25,220 bases of DNA from IMG/VR virus record IMGVR_UViG_3300016472_000359, positions 1 to 25,220 of that record. One strand, given 5' to 3'. This document shows positions 8,035 through 16,848 of this stretch, in pieces (positions within the stretch are counted from its first letter, which is position 1; each line of letters begins with the position of its first letter). The notes below the pieces were generated by a model, which was given only the letters and a program-made list of their open reading frames with translations, was not told the origin of the DNA and searched no databases. Made by a program: the position numbers and the translations under genes. This DNA is from a virus. Lineage: Duplodnaviria > Caudoviricetes.

Positions 8035-9983
8035 GGCCCTGGAGGAATCCCTCCCCCGTCATCAATCGGATCCGACGGTCCGGGCCCCTCCTCCGGCGGC
8101 GAGGATTCCGGCTCGGTGTATGGCGCGGTCGGGATGGTTCTGCGGGTCGGGCTCTCGGGCGACCACACGCCCGTCTTGCCGATCGACTCGACCTGGGCGA
8201 CGCATCCCTCGAAGGACCAGCGCCCGGACGTTGCCCGGATCTCCATCGCCAGGGCCGGCGCGGCGGCCTGCATCGGCCAGGAGTCGTCGTAGGCCGACAC
8301 CGTCTGCGACCAGAACATCCATCGGTCCGCGCCGATCAGGGCCTCCTCCGCGTTCCTGCCGCCCCAGACGCGGGCCTCCACGCTGCTCGAGGTGTTTCCG
8401 AGCATCAGCGCCCACTCCCGGAGCACGATCTCGGGGTCGTTCTTCTCGGTGTTCAGGATCCGCAGGCTCACGCGGGACTCGATCGGCGTGCCGATGTCGT
8501 CGGTCGCGTTGTCGTCGAACTTCCAGAGTTGGCCCGTCCTGCCGCCGTAGACCACCTCGCCCCGGTACACCACCCCGCACGTCGGGCCCTGGGCCTCCGG
8601 AACCGCGATGGGGAAGAACCCGCCCGTCCCGGCCTGGTAGCTCCCGACACGCTCGTCGTAGACGAACCCGCGGGACGCGCCGGTCGTCGGCGTGATCCAG
8701 ACGTAGATCCGCTGCTTGCGGCTGTCCCGGAGCACCAGCACCCGATCGGTCGTCGCGTTGCCGGTGATGTCCTGCGTCAGGATGGGCGAGGAAAGCGAGG
8801 AGACCACCCCGGCCTCGGGGACGATCATCAGGCCCTCGGTTGGCGAGTGCGCGACCATGACCCCGTCAGCGGCCAGCGTGGCGGCGTCCTTGCCGCTCAC
8901 GCCGGCGTTGAGGATCTTGGGCACCAGGTTGGGCACGCCGATGGCCGGATCTCCCGACATGACCCAGGTTGACCCGCGGCACCCGATGAGCTGCGCCCCG
9001 TTGGACATGCGAGCCAGGCAGGTGATCGGCTGGCCGACCTTGCCCGTCGGCGCGGCGTTGAGGCTGTACGCCTTGCCCGCCTCGTCCTCGGACGGATCCC
9101 AGTTGGCCGAATCGGCGACCGCGCAATAGTGGGCGTTCTGCGGATCCTGCGGATCCCCGGCCTGGGCGACTCGGTCGAAGTACGAATCGACGATCGTGTT
9201 GCGCGTGGATCCGGCGACCGACGCGGTGGACGCGGGGAACGTCCCGGCGGTGGCGGTCCATGCCGAGCAGGTGCGGGTGTTGGGGTCGATGATGACGGCG
9301 TGTGCACCGTCGACGCCGAACACCTTGCCGCGGTAGTCGATCAGGTCGACGGGCCCGGACTGGTTGAACTTGGCGGTCCCGATCTTCTCGAACGCCTGCC
9401 CGTCGAGCGACATCCAGACGTTGCCGTCGCAAACGGCGATGAGCACCTCGGTCAGCGCGACCGGGTCGTCCGGGATGAGGGTGCAGACTTCCGCCCTGGT
9501 GACGACGGCACCGGAGACCGAGGAGCAGAATCCGAACCAGCGCTGGACCGATCCAGGTTCCGCCCCAGCGCCGGCCCAGAGAAGCACGGGGGACGATCCC
9601 CCGTTGATCCGAACGTCGATCGACCCGCCGGCGAACCGGACCTCGAGCACGAATGGCGTCCCGGCGGTCAGGCCAGCGGACACCCACGTCACCGTGGCGG
9701 TGGCCGACGGCGGAACGTCATTGGCGCCGGTGGAGACCGGGCTCCCGGGCGTGCCGTTGGTGGTCTTGCGGATAAACAGGTGGGTGGCGTCGGTGCCGAT
9801 CTCGAACGCGGTGCGGGCGTCCTTGGAGCAGGGCAGGAGCACCCGAACCTGGTGCGCCGGATCGGCCAGCGTCAGCCGAACCGCGGCGTTGCCCGGCCAC
9901 GCCTGGGCAAAGACAACCGCCTCACGCCCGGAGGGGGACGAGAGGCTCCATCCGCCGGTGATGGCGTTGCGTGTCCAGGTCAT
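8031..9983 (-). CDS. Tail nozzle / tail tubular protein B-like (P22 gp10-type), main part, with N-terminal beta-sandwich (650 aa)
   Basis: Propeller-blade patterns (LIAVCDGNVW, YRGKVFGVDG, YFDRVAQAGDPQDPQ..ANWD, GQPITCL, VYGGRTGQLWKFD, DIGTPIESRV) typical of podovirus stabilisation proteins. Confidence 0.75.
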   Translation of the reverse strand: MTWTRNAITGGWSLSSPSGREAVVFAQAWPGNAAVRLTLADPAHQVRVLLPCSKDARTAFEIGTDATHLFIRKTTNGTPGSPVSTGANDVPPSATATVTWVSAGLTAGTPFVLEVRFAGGSIDVRINGGSSPVLLWAGAGAEPGSVQRWFGFCSSVSGAVVTRAEVCTLIPDDPVALTEVLIAVCDGNVWMSLDGQAFEKIGTAKFNQSGPVDLIDYRGKVFGVDGAHAVIIDPNTRTCSAWTATAGTFPASTASVAGSTRNTIVDSYFDRVAQAGDPQDPQNAHYCAVADSANWDPSEDEAGKAYSLNAAPTGKVGQPITCLARMSNGAQLIGCRGSTWVMSGDPAIGVPNLVPKILNAGVSGKDAATLAADGVMVAHSPTEGLMIVPEAGVVSSLSSPILTQDITGNATTDRVLVLRDSRKQRIYVWITPTTGASRGFVYDERVGSYQAGTGGFFPIAVPEAQGPTCGVVYRGEVVYGGRTGQLWKFDDNATDDIGTPIESRVSLRILNTEKNDPEIVLREWALMLGNTSSSVEARVWGGRNAEEALIGADRWMFWSQTVSAYDDSWPMQAAAPALAMEIRATSGRWSFEGCVAQVESIGKTGVWSPESPTRRTIPTAPYTEPESSPPEEGPGPSDPIDDGGGIPPGP

Positions 9984-10279
9984 TGGGGACGCTGCACCCC
10001 TTCGTCGTCAAGCCGCGCCATGTGCTGCGCGATGCGCATGATCTGGTTGGCGGCCTGCACCGTCGCCTGGGCGGCGAGCGTCGCCTCTTTGGCCGAACCA
10101 ACGGCGTCCTTCATCGCGGCGGACGCGATAGCGTTGTCCTTGGCGGCCTGCGCCGTGGAGTCCATGATGGGCTTGAGCACCTTGACGCTCAGCACCCAGA
10201 TGGCCGCCACAAGCGCCATGACGCCGGCCACGACGGGCCCGCCGACCTTCATCAACTCATTGAGGATCTGCTGCTCCAT
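9980..10279 (-). CDS. Single-TM protein with Ala-rich coiled coil; holin- or i-spanin-like (99 aa)
   Basis: GGPVVAGVMALVAAIWVLSV TM segment; GGAGG RBS; ATGA coupling to the next gene. Confidence 0.55.
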   Translation of the reverse strand: MEQQILNELMKVGGPVVAGVMALVAAIWVLSVKVLKPIMDSTAQAAKDNAIASAAMKDAVGSAKEATLAAQATVQAANQIMRIAQHMARLDDEGVQRPQ

Positions 10280-10300
10280 CGTGACCTCCAGACACGCAAC

Positions 10301-10846
10301 TCAGGGAACTCCGAGCATCTTGAGGATCAGCCCGGCGAGCTCGGGCGCCGTGGCCTCGATCGACTTGATGGCGGCGATGTCGCGCTCCTTGGTGGCCTCG
10401 TCGCGGGCCTCCCAATAGGCGGTGAGGCGGTCATACGCCTCGTTCGCGGCCCGCTGGGGCTCGCTGGCGACCGTGCCGAACTTGCCCAGCTTGATCGTGA
10501 CGCCGTCGGGCCTGGTGATTTCCACGTTCTCCGCGTTGATGTCGGTCCCGCTGGAGAGCATGAATCGCCCGCTCCGCTCGTCGTAGTACACCTCGCGCGG
10601 GGTGCTGCCGGTGGACACCTTCTCGAGCCCGGCGTCGTCCGAGAGGCTGGTGTACGTCCCGCTCCCGGAACCGTCGGCGGTGAGGGTGCCGCGGCTCTTG
10701 TCGATCATCCGGATGCTGGTGGGCCCGGTGTTCTGGGCGCCGTACCTGGCGGCGTCCTGGTCGACGTTGGAGCCGATCCGCCCGGCGCAGCCGGAGAGAA
10801 TCAGGGCGACCAGGAGGGAGATGGCGACGGGGCATGAACGCTGCAT
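10301..10846 (-). CDS. Lipoprotein, possible spanin (181 aa)
   Basis: Signal peptide with lipobox LLVALILSG-C; AGGAG RBS; beta-rich middle; helical C-terminus ending LAGLILKMLGVP. Confidence 0.7.
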   Translation of the reverse strand: MQRSCPVAISLLVALILSGCAGRIGSNVDQDAARYGAQNTGPTSIRMIDKSRGTLTADGSGSGTYTSLSDDAGLEKVSTGSTPREVYYDERSGRFMLSSGTDINAENVEITRPDGVTIKLGKFGTVASEPQRAANEAYDRLTAYWEARDEATKERDIAAIKSIEATAPELAGLILKMLGVP

Positions 10847-10855
10847 GGGGAACTC

Positions 10856-12520
10856 CTAGAACTTCGCGGATCCGAGGATGACACGACCGCCGAACGCGGC
10901 GACCGAGTGGACGGTGACGGCGGACCCAAGATCAAACGCCCAGGCGATGGCGCCGGTGGCGGCGTTGAGCTTCCAGACGTGGGCGTTGGCCCCGGACGCT
11001 CCGGTCCAGGATGTGTTTCTCTGGCCGACGAATACCGGATTTCCGTCGGAGGGGTCAGAGACCCCGGCGTAGATGCGGGTCGAGGAGCTCACCAGGTTGG
11101 TGAATCCGATGGCCGATCCGGTGGACGAGAGCACCCACGCGCTGGCGCCGATGTGGTTCTGCTGCCCGGCGCACGCCACCACGCCCGCGGCGCTGGCGGT
11201 GACGGACCGCAGGATGGGCTCATAGATGTCGTTCCAGTGGTTGAACCCAACCGAGTACCCGGAGCCGTTGAACACGCCCTGGTAGTTGGCCGGGTCGAGC
11301 TCGCGGAGCATGGTTCCGGCGGCACTGATCTGGCAGAGCGTGACGGGGCTCCGCTGGCGTCGCGGATCGGTCTCGGCCTCGTAGCCCGGCCTCCAGGTCG
11401 AGTTTGGACCCCACCCGCGGTTGGTTCGGCTCACCCAGACTGTTCCGTCCGGCGCGGCCACCATCGCGGTTGGCAGGCACCCAAACGGGCTCGTCGCGCT
11501 GCGCTCCGAGAACCGGAAATACCCGTGATTGCCCTCGTACCGCGGGTCGCTCGAGGGCAGGCCCGTTGCCGGCCAGGAGACTTGGGAGAGCACGGGCGTC
11601 GTCGGGAGCCCCGGTCCGGTCGGAACCGGCAGGATGGAGAGCTTCATCACGCCGGCGCGGTAGTGGCTCGCCGTCTGGTTGGTCGGCGTGCTCTCGATGG
11701 TGGTGGTCAGGACGCTGCCGTCGGCGAGCGTTCCGCCGGTGATGAGTCCAGCCGATGTCGTTCCCTTGAACGCCACCAGAAGCCGCTCGGTGGGCACGTT
11801 GAACTGGCCGACGTTCTCGGTGATGACGACGGCGGCGACGTTCTCCTGCGCCCAGGTGTTGTTCCAGCGGTCCACCAGGGCCCCGGTCGCCGGGTTGAGC
11901 ACCAGCACGAACGAGTTGGCGAGCACCACGAACAGGTACTCGTTCGACGGCACAAGCTGCGCGATGGATTCCGGCACGCCACCGACAAGGGTGTGGTCAT
12001 AGGTCCAGTTGGTGGCGCCCGTGGCGGGGTTGAGCGAGCGGATCCTGAACTTGGCCTTGGAGTCCGAAACGCGGTTGTAGTTGGTCCCGACGAACACCCG
12101 CGAGCCGTCCCGGGAGAAGGCCGCGTGCGTCACCGTCACCGATGCGGGCCCGTCCGGGGCGACGGAGAAGTGATGGCTCCACTCCCCGCCCTGGACAGAG
12201 TCGATCGCAAAGACGTTGCCCGTGAGCGCCCCCGCGACGCTCGAGGTTCCGGTCCCCGCGTCCGAGGCGGTCCCGATCTTGAGCCCGTTGGAGATCGAAG
12301 GGCGGTTGACGGTCGCAAGCCCCTGCACCTCTCCGCTTCCGAGCGTCGCCGGCAGGGCGACGCTCCCCTCCCGCGTCCCGCCCCGGGGTCGATCCTCGTC
12401 CGCGTCGTAGAGCACGACGTTGAGCATCGACTGAGGCGCGGTGAAGTCCGGGCCCTGCTCGGAGAGCCCGGACGCATTGGCGATGCCCCGGCGGGGAAGT
12501 TGGAGGCGGATTTCTTCCAC
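10856..12520 (-). CDS. Beta-propeller tail protein carrying a nozzle-like N-terminus (554 aa)
   Basis: PQQ-like blades (SLNPATGATNWTY, VLNPATGALV, KLNAATGAIAWAFD, AAFSRDGSRVFVG); N-terminal LQLPRRGI..NVVLYD..RPRGGTREG. Confidence 0.7.
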   Translation of the reverse strand: MEEIRLQLPRRGIANASGLSEQGPDFTAPQSMLNVVLYDADEDRPRGGTREGSVALPATLGSGEVQGLATVNRPSISNGLKIGTASDAGTGTSSVAGALTGNVFAIDSVQGGEWSHHFSVAPDGPASVTVTHAAFSRDGSRVFVGTNYNRVSDSKAKFRIRSLNPATGATNWTYDHTLVGGVPESIAQLVPSNEYLFVVLANSFVLVLNPATGALVDRWNNTWAQENVAAVVITENVGQFNVPTERLLVAFKGTTSAGLITGGTLADGSVLTTTIESTPTNQTASHYRAGVMKLSILPVPTGPGLPTTPVLSQVSWPATGLPSSDPRYEGNHGYFRFSERSATSPFGCLPTAMVAAPDGTVWVSRTNRGWGPNSTWRPGYEAETDPRRQRSPVTLCQISAAGTMLRELDPANYQGVFNGSGYSVGFNHWNDIYEPILRSVTASAAGVVACAGQQNHIGASAWVLSSTGSAIGFTNLVSSSTRIYAGVSDPSDGNPVFVGQRNTSWTGASGANAHVWKLNAATGAIAWAFDLGSAVTVHSVAAFGGRVILGSAKF

Positions 12521-12532
12521 GGCTGGTTCGCA

Positions 12533-13207
12533 TTAGCGGAGAGCGCTGGAAGCCGCGGCCAGGTGCCGACGCCACTCGAGCTCCACCCGCTTCACCTCCA
12601 GGACCATGGTGCTGCTGCCGACGGTCGCGGAGGGCACCAGGCCCAGGTACACCTTGTCGCCCCGCTGGATCTTGAGCGAGGAGGACTGGGCGGTCAGGGC
12701 GGCGCCGATGTCAAAGACGTACTCGGCAAACCCGGTCCCGGTGTCGGTGGTCGCCACGGTCGCGGTGATGGCGTTGAGGTTGCCGGTGGCGATGTTGGCG
12801 GCCAGGTCGGTGGTGGCCGCCCCGCCGCGGTCGATCGAGACCGCCAGGTTGAGCTTGAGGGTGGCGTTCTCGTCGGTGGTGCCCGTGCCCTGCCGCTTGC
12901 GGGCGGTCACGCGGAGCTTGAAGGTGGGCTTCTCGTTGAGGTTGGTGCTGCCGGCGACGCCCTCGTAGTAGTCGTTGGGCACGTCGATGTTGGCGGTGAT
13001 GGGGTGCGACGCCCCGGCGGCTGCCGCCCAGCGGACGCAGATGATGCGGCTGTTGAGCACCACGCGGTTCGGGTTGCCCGAGCCGGAGGAAAGCTCGTCG
13101 CCCGTGGAGGCCACGAACCTGGTGAGGCTGATCTCCTCACGGCGCAGGATGCCGAAGTCGGGCTCAAACTCGCGGACGGTCGATTCGATGTTGTACCGGG
13201 TGCACAT
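12533..13207 (-). CDS. Hypothetical beta-sandwich virion protein (224 aa)
   Basis: Start moved to ATG 13207 (GAGGAGG 6 nt upstream, overlapping the previous stop); beta-strand pattern (KPTFKLRVTARK, DKVYLGLVP, LEVKRVELEW). Confidence 0.65.
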   Translation of the reverse strand: MCTRYNIESTVREFEPDFGILRREEISLTRFVASTGDELSSGSGNPNRVVLNSRIICVRWAAAAGASHPITANIDVPNDYYEGVAGSTNLNEKPTFKLRVTARKRQGTGTTDENATLKLNLAVSIDRGGAATTDLAANIATGNLNAITATVATTDTGTGFAEYVFDIGAALTAQSSSLKIQRGDKVYLGLVPSATVGSSTMVLEVKRVELEWRRHLAAASSALR

Positions 13208-13218
13208 GCGCATCCTCC

Positions 13219-14061
13219 TCAGTCTGGATTCACCAGAACGTCGTTGATGTAAATGGGGGTCTTGACGCGGGCGACAGGCTCGCCCGAGGCCATGTGGTGA
13301 TCGCGGGAGATGACGTGTGCCTGATTCTCGGTCTCGAGCTCCAGGGCCAGTGCAAGCTGTTCCCGGTAGCTCTCGCGGGACCGCTCCCAACGGTCCTTGT
13401 CGGTGGCGTCGTGCTGCACGGATGCCCAGAGGCAGGCGGCAACGATGAACTGATCCATGGCGGGGCCGAACGGGTGCCGGTCGTCCATGGCGGCCAGCGG
13501 CACGACGACGGTGCGGACGGTCGCGGTGATGGTGCCGGCCTGGCTCGGGTTCGGGGCGATGTGCAGGGCCCAGCGACTATGCCCGGCGCCCTCCTGGGTG
13601 AGGCGAACGGTCTGCTTGCTGTACCCGATGGGGTAGCCGCTGGTGTTGTTGGCGTTGAGGATCGCGCGGACCCGGGATTCCTCGATCTGCGCGAGCGGGA
13701 CGGTCGTTTCCGAGCCGTCGGGCTTGAACGTGATGTGCCCCTCCCAGTGGGTCGGAACCTCCTGGGGGAGCAGCAGCATGGACGGGTCGCGGTTGTAGTT
13801 GTCGGGCCCGAGCCCGTCGATCGTCACGCGGAGCTCGATGGTCTGGCGCAGGCAGGACCAGCCGCCGGCGGACGTGTTCGCGGCGGCGACCATGACCATG
13901 GCGTCGTTGACGGCACGCTTGCACTTGTCGAGTTGATTGGGATCGGTGGGGATCTTGGCTCGGTTGGTCTGATCGTCCGTGGTGTGGGCATAGTTTGCCC
14001 AGCCGCGGAACTCAGCGACTCGGAGGATCAGGTCTTTGAAGCTGAGCCCGCTTGCACTCAC
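13219..14061 (-). CDS. Head-tail adaptor (tail tubular protein A / P22 gp4-like, 280 aa)
   Basis: LSFKDLILRVAEFRG..CKRAVNDA..WSCL..LHIAPNPS..FIVAACL..LALALELE layout; AAGGAG RBS; follows the capsid genes. Confidence 0.75.
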   Translation of the reverse strand: MSASGLSFKDLILRVAEFRGWANYAHTTDDQTNRAKIPTDPNQLDKCKRAVNDAMVMVAAANTSAGGWSCLRQTIELRVTIDGLGPDNYNRDPSMLLLPQEVPTHWEGHITFKPDGSETTVPLAQIEESRVRAILNANNTSGYPIGYSKQTVRLTQEGAGHSRWALHIAPNPSQAGTITATVRTVVVPLAAMDDRHPFGPAMDQFIVAACLWASVQHDATDKDRWERSRESYREQLALALELETENQAHVISRDHHMASGEPVARVKTPIYINDVLVNPD

Positions 14062-14093
14062 GCGATCTCCTTGCTGACCGTCTGACTTTGAAG

Positions 14094-14168
14094 CAGACCC
14101 CCGGGCTACTCACCCGAGGGGCTGTGTTCCGAGCGGGGGCCAAGGCGCTGTTTGCGTCTACCGCCCGG
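14094..14168 (-). promoter_or_regulatory. Structured intergenic region (two hairpins), possible attenuator or processing site
   Basis: Stem 14161-14168 / 14129-14136 (CCGGGCGG with CCGCUCGG on the mRNA) and a bulged stem 14094-14124. No clear U-tract. Confidence 0.5.
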
Positions 14169-14180
14169 CGGGCATTTCAA

Positions 14181-14723
14181 TCAGGGAACCCACGACTGTT
14201 CGAGGCACACCTTGGCGATGGCCGCGGTGCCGCTGGTGTCGACGGTCTCCAACGCGCGGCCGACGATCTGCCGGATGTTGCTGATCGCGGCGATCGACGT
14301 GAGCGCGCTGAGAGCCCACGACCCGTTGGTGCAGCCAAGGTAGGTGCTGCCCTTGGTCATGTTGGCGTTGGTCCAGGCGTCGACCGGGAAGCCCCTGGTG
14401 TTGATGACCAGGTCGCACTCGGTCGAACAGTTCCGCGGGTCGCCACCGTCCAGCGGGAGGATCTTGTCGATGACCCCGCAGAACATGGTGAGGTTGGCGG
14501 TCTCCGGCTTGGTCACGGCGATGCCAAGGCCGCTCTGGGTGAACGTGCTGGGCGCCGACGGGACCGCGGGCTTGGACACCGTGTTCCAGATGTCCGCGCA
14601 CACGGCGTACCCGACCTTGAGCACCTCGTTGATGGCCGAGCCGCCGCTGGCCTTGTTCGAGTAGCGGACGATGACGTGGTCAACGTGGGCCGGCGGGCCG
14701 CCGATGTTCATGCTCTTGTCCAT
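14181..14723 (-). CDS. Capsid decoration/cement protein (180 aa)
   Basis: Directly after the major capsid gene; LKVGYAVCAD, FCGVI, VGRALETVDTS pattern. Confidence 0.65.
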   Translation of the reverse strand: MDKSMNIGGPPAHVDHVIVRYSNKASGGSAINEVLKVGYAVCADIWNTVSKPAVPSAPSTFTQSGLGIAVTKPETANLTMFCGVIDKILPLDGGDPRNCSTECDLVINTRGFPVDAWTNANMTKGSTYLGCTNGSWALSALTSIAAISNIRQIVGRALETVDTSGTAAIAKVCLEQSWVP

Positions 14724-14782
14724 GGTCCTGACTCCGTTCTGATGGTGGTGAGTGACTACGCGATGCGCCGATCAGGGACGGA

Positions 14783-15904
14783 TCAGGCGACCTGGGCGTG
14801 GATGTGGACGATGCCCTCACGGAAGTTGTTGCAGACGACCATCCCGTCGACGTAGATGGGCATCCCGCGGACGGTCTCGGCCTCGCCGTCAGGCTGGGTG
14901 GACTCGCCCATCTTGAGCCACCAGCCCTCCTTGCGGACGCCGAACACATGGCGGGTGTTGAGCTTGATGATGCTGAGCAGCGAGTCGTTGTCCCAGAGCT
15001 CGATCGGGATCAGGGGCAGGCCGCGGAACGTGAGGCGGGTGCCGTAGAACTTGGCCAGATCGCCATCGAGCGACTCGGTCGCCTTGTTGGCGACGCTCTC
15101 GTAGGCCAGGTGGAACGAGCGGGGAACCAGGATGACCTGGCGGCCCGTGCGGAACAGCGGCGTGGTCTTGCTGCGGGTCGGGATCGGCGTCACGGTCTTG
15201 AAGTCCGTGTGCGCGATGGCCCGGCGCAGGATCTCGCGGGTGTTCTCGCCGAAGGTGCCATCGTGCGTCGCCACCCACGACCGGGCGCGGGTGTTGAGGA
15301 TGTTGGAGCGATCAATCGACCCGACGGTCTGCGTCGAGGTGCCGTCGCCGTACAGGGCATGGGAACCGTTGAACCCGCCGGTCGTGTCGGTGCCAGTGAC
15401 CTTGGCGCCGGCGAGGAACTGGAGCCCCAGCATGGGCAACTGGTCGCTGCCGCTGGGCGTCGCCGAGTAGATGCGCCCGGCGAGCTCACGCTCGATGGTG
15501 TTGAGGATGTCGGCATAGGCCGCATCGTGGCGGGCCGCCGACTCCTGGAGGATGCGGGCCTCGCCCTGGTTCAGGAACTCCTCGCGGGCGTCCATGATGA
15601 GCGACTTGTGGGTCTTGTTGACCCAGTCGTAGCGGACGACGCCGAGCACGTCGGAGCGCCGGTAGGGCTTGCCCTGGAACAGGCCGACGTTGTACGTCGC
15701 GTTGGCGTCGCGCAGGCGGATGCGCTCTTCCCACTGAGTCCCGTTCGGGGCGGATTCAACCGAGCTCCCCTCCGCGAAGATCAGGTTGTAGAGCGGGTAA
15801 TCCGTCAGCGCCTGGGTGGCCTCGCAACGCGCCTTGTGGAGCGCAGGGAGCGAGGCGTTCTGAAGGTCCGCCAACTGTGACGGGGTGATGGCGAGTGCGG
15901 CCAT
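14783..15904 (-). CDS. Major capsid protein (HK97 fold presumed, 373 aa)
   Basis: Size, position after the scaffold, AGGAG RBS, motifs EEFLNQGEARIL, MLGLQFL, VGSIDRS..RSW, LTFRGLPLI, MVVCNNFREG. Confidence 0.85.
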   Translation of the reverse strand: MAALAITPSQLADLQNASLPALHKARCEATQALTDYPLYNLIFAEGSSVESAPNGTQWEERIRLRDANATYNVGLFQGKPYRRSDVLGVVRYDWVNKTHKSLIMDAREEFLNQGEARILQESAARHDAAYADILNTIERELAGRIYSATPSGSDQLPMLGLQFLAGAKVTGTDTTGGFNGSHALYGDGTSTQTVGSIDRSNILNTRARSWVATHDGTFGENTREILRRAIAHTDFKTVTPIPTRSKTTPLFRTGRQVILVPRSFHLAYESVANKATESLDGDLAKFYGTRLTFRGLPLIPIELWDNDSLLSIIKLNTRHVFGVRKEGWWLKMGESTQPDGEAETVRGMPIYVDGMVVCNNFREGIVHIHAQVA

Positions 15905-15943
15905 GATGAGTCTCCTGCGTCTGCGGGCGATTCGCTATGCAAA

Positions 15944-16789
15944 TCAGCCCTTGCGAGCTTTCTCCAGAACGGAGCGGACGCCGGCACGCGCTTGGGCGAG
16001 GTGATCGTCGCCACCGCGACCACTCCCGCCGCCGCGCGTGGGCGTGGGAGTCGTGACCTGTTGAGCCCGGCGCTGGGCCTGGGGGAGCTTGGACGCGCCG
16101 GGCAAGGTCTGGGAGAACTTGGCGAGGGCGACCTTGAGGGCGTCCTCGTCCGAGAGGTTGGGGTTGATCTGCTGGTACTTGACCGCCTGGTCGTACACCG
16201 CCTTGGCCGCGGCGATCTGCGAGGGGGTCCGGTTCTGGCCGGTGCCGAACACGCCCTTGTAGGACTTGTCGGCCTCGTCGAAGAACTTGATGACGCTGGC
16301 ACGCCTCTGCTGCTGGCTCTGCTGCTGGTGCATGGCAAAAGCCGCACGCATGGCCTTGAAGTCGTCGCCGGCCTCGATGTAGTGCCCGAGCTTGGCGCTC
16401 AGGTGCCCCGCCATGACCTTCTCGAAGGTGTCGAACAGCTTCTTGGCGGCCTTGGTGCTCACGCCCAGGTCGTCGGCGATGGCCTCGAGCTCCTCGTCGC
16501 TCAGGACAACGGGAGCGGGCGTGTTGCCCTCGGGCTTGGTGCCCGCCGGGGGCTGGCCGGTCTGCTGGTTGGGCGGGGTCTGCTGCCGCGTCGCGGCCTG
16601 TTCCTGCGCGTCAAGCTGTGCAGCGAGCGCGGAATAGTCCACCTCGGACGTGGTATCGCCGGTGCCGTCTGCGCCGGTGGCGCTGGTGTCGGTCTGCTGC
16701 TCGGTGGAGTCGTCGACGCTTCCGGAAGCGCCGTCTTGGCCTTCACCCTGCGGGTCGTTGGCGAGTTCGTCAACAGTTTCAGACGGCAT
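15944..16789 (-). CDS. Capsid scaffolding protein (281 aa)
   Basis: Start moved to ATG 16789 (MPSETVDEL..); acidic disordered N-terminus, helical Gln-rich core, basic C-terminus; precedes the capsid gene. Confidence 0.75.
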   Translation of the reverse strand: MPSETVDELANDPQGEGQDGASGSVDDSTEQQTDTSATGADGTGDTTSEVDYSALAAQLDAQEQAATRQQTPPNQQTGQPPAGTKPEGNTPAPVVLSDEELEAIADDLGVSTKAAKKLFDTFEKVMAGHLSAKLGHYIEAGDDFKAMRAAFAMHQQQSQQQRRASVIKFFDEADKSYKGVFGTGQNRTPSQIAAAKAVYDQAVKYQQINPNLSDEDALKVALAKFSQTLPGASKLPQAQRRAQQVTTPTPTRGGGSGRGGDDHLAQARAGVRSVLEKARKG

Positions 16790-16803
16790 CGGATTTCCCC
16801 GAT

Positions 16804-16848
16804 GCGCCTTGGCCGCGCAGAAGATACCAGCCAAAAGCGTGAAATCAA
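16804..16848 (-). promoter_or_regulatory. Sigma70-like promoter plus conserved leader motif upstream of scaffold/capsid
   Basis: TTGATT (16848-16843), 16 nt, extended -10 TGgTATCTT (16826-16821), 5 nt, CGGCCAAGGCGC (16815-16804). Confidence 0.55.

Noticed and set aside
13208-13390. Track start positions for 12533..13390, and likewise 15944..16861, 16845..17342 and 23373..24068
   Set aside because: The extensions overlap upstream genes or promoter elements; downstream starts fit the RBS and gene spacing better.
14129-14180. c-di-GMP-I riboswitch suggested by GACGCAAA on the minus strand
   Set aside because: The GGCAAAC/GNRA P2 element and the P3 receptor arrangement are absent.
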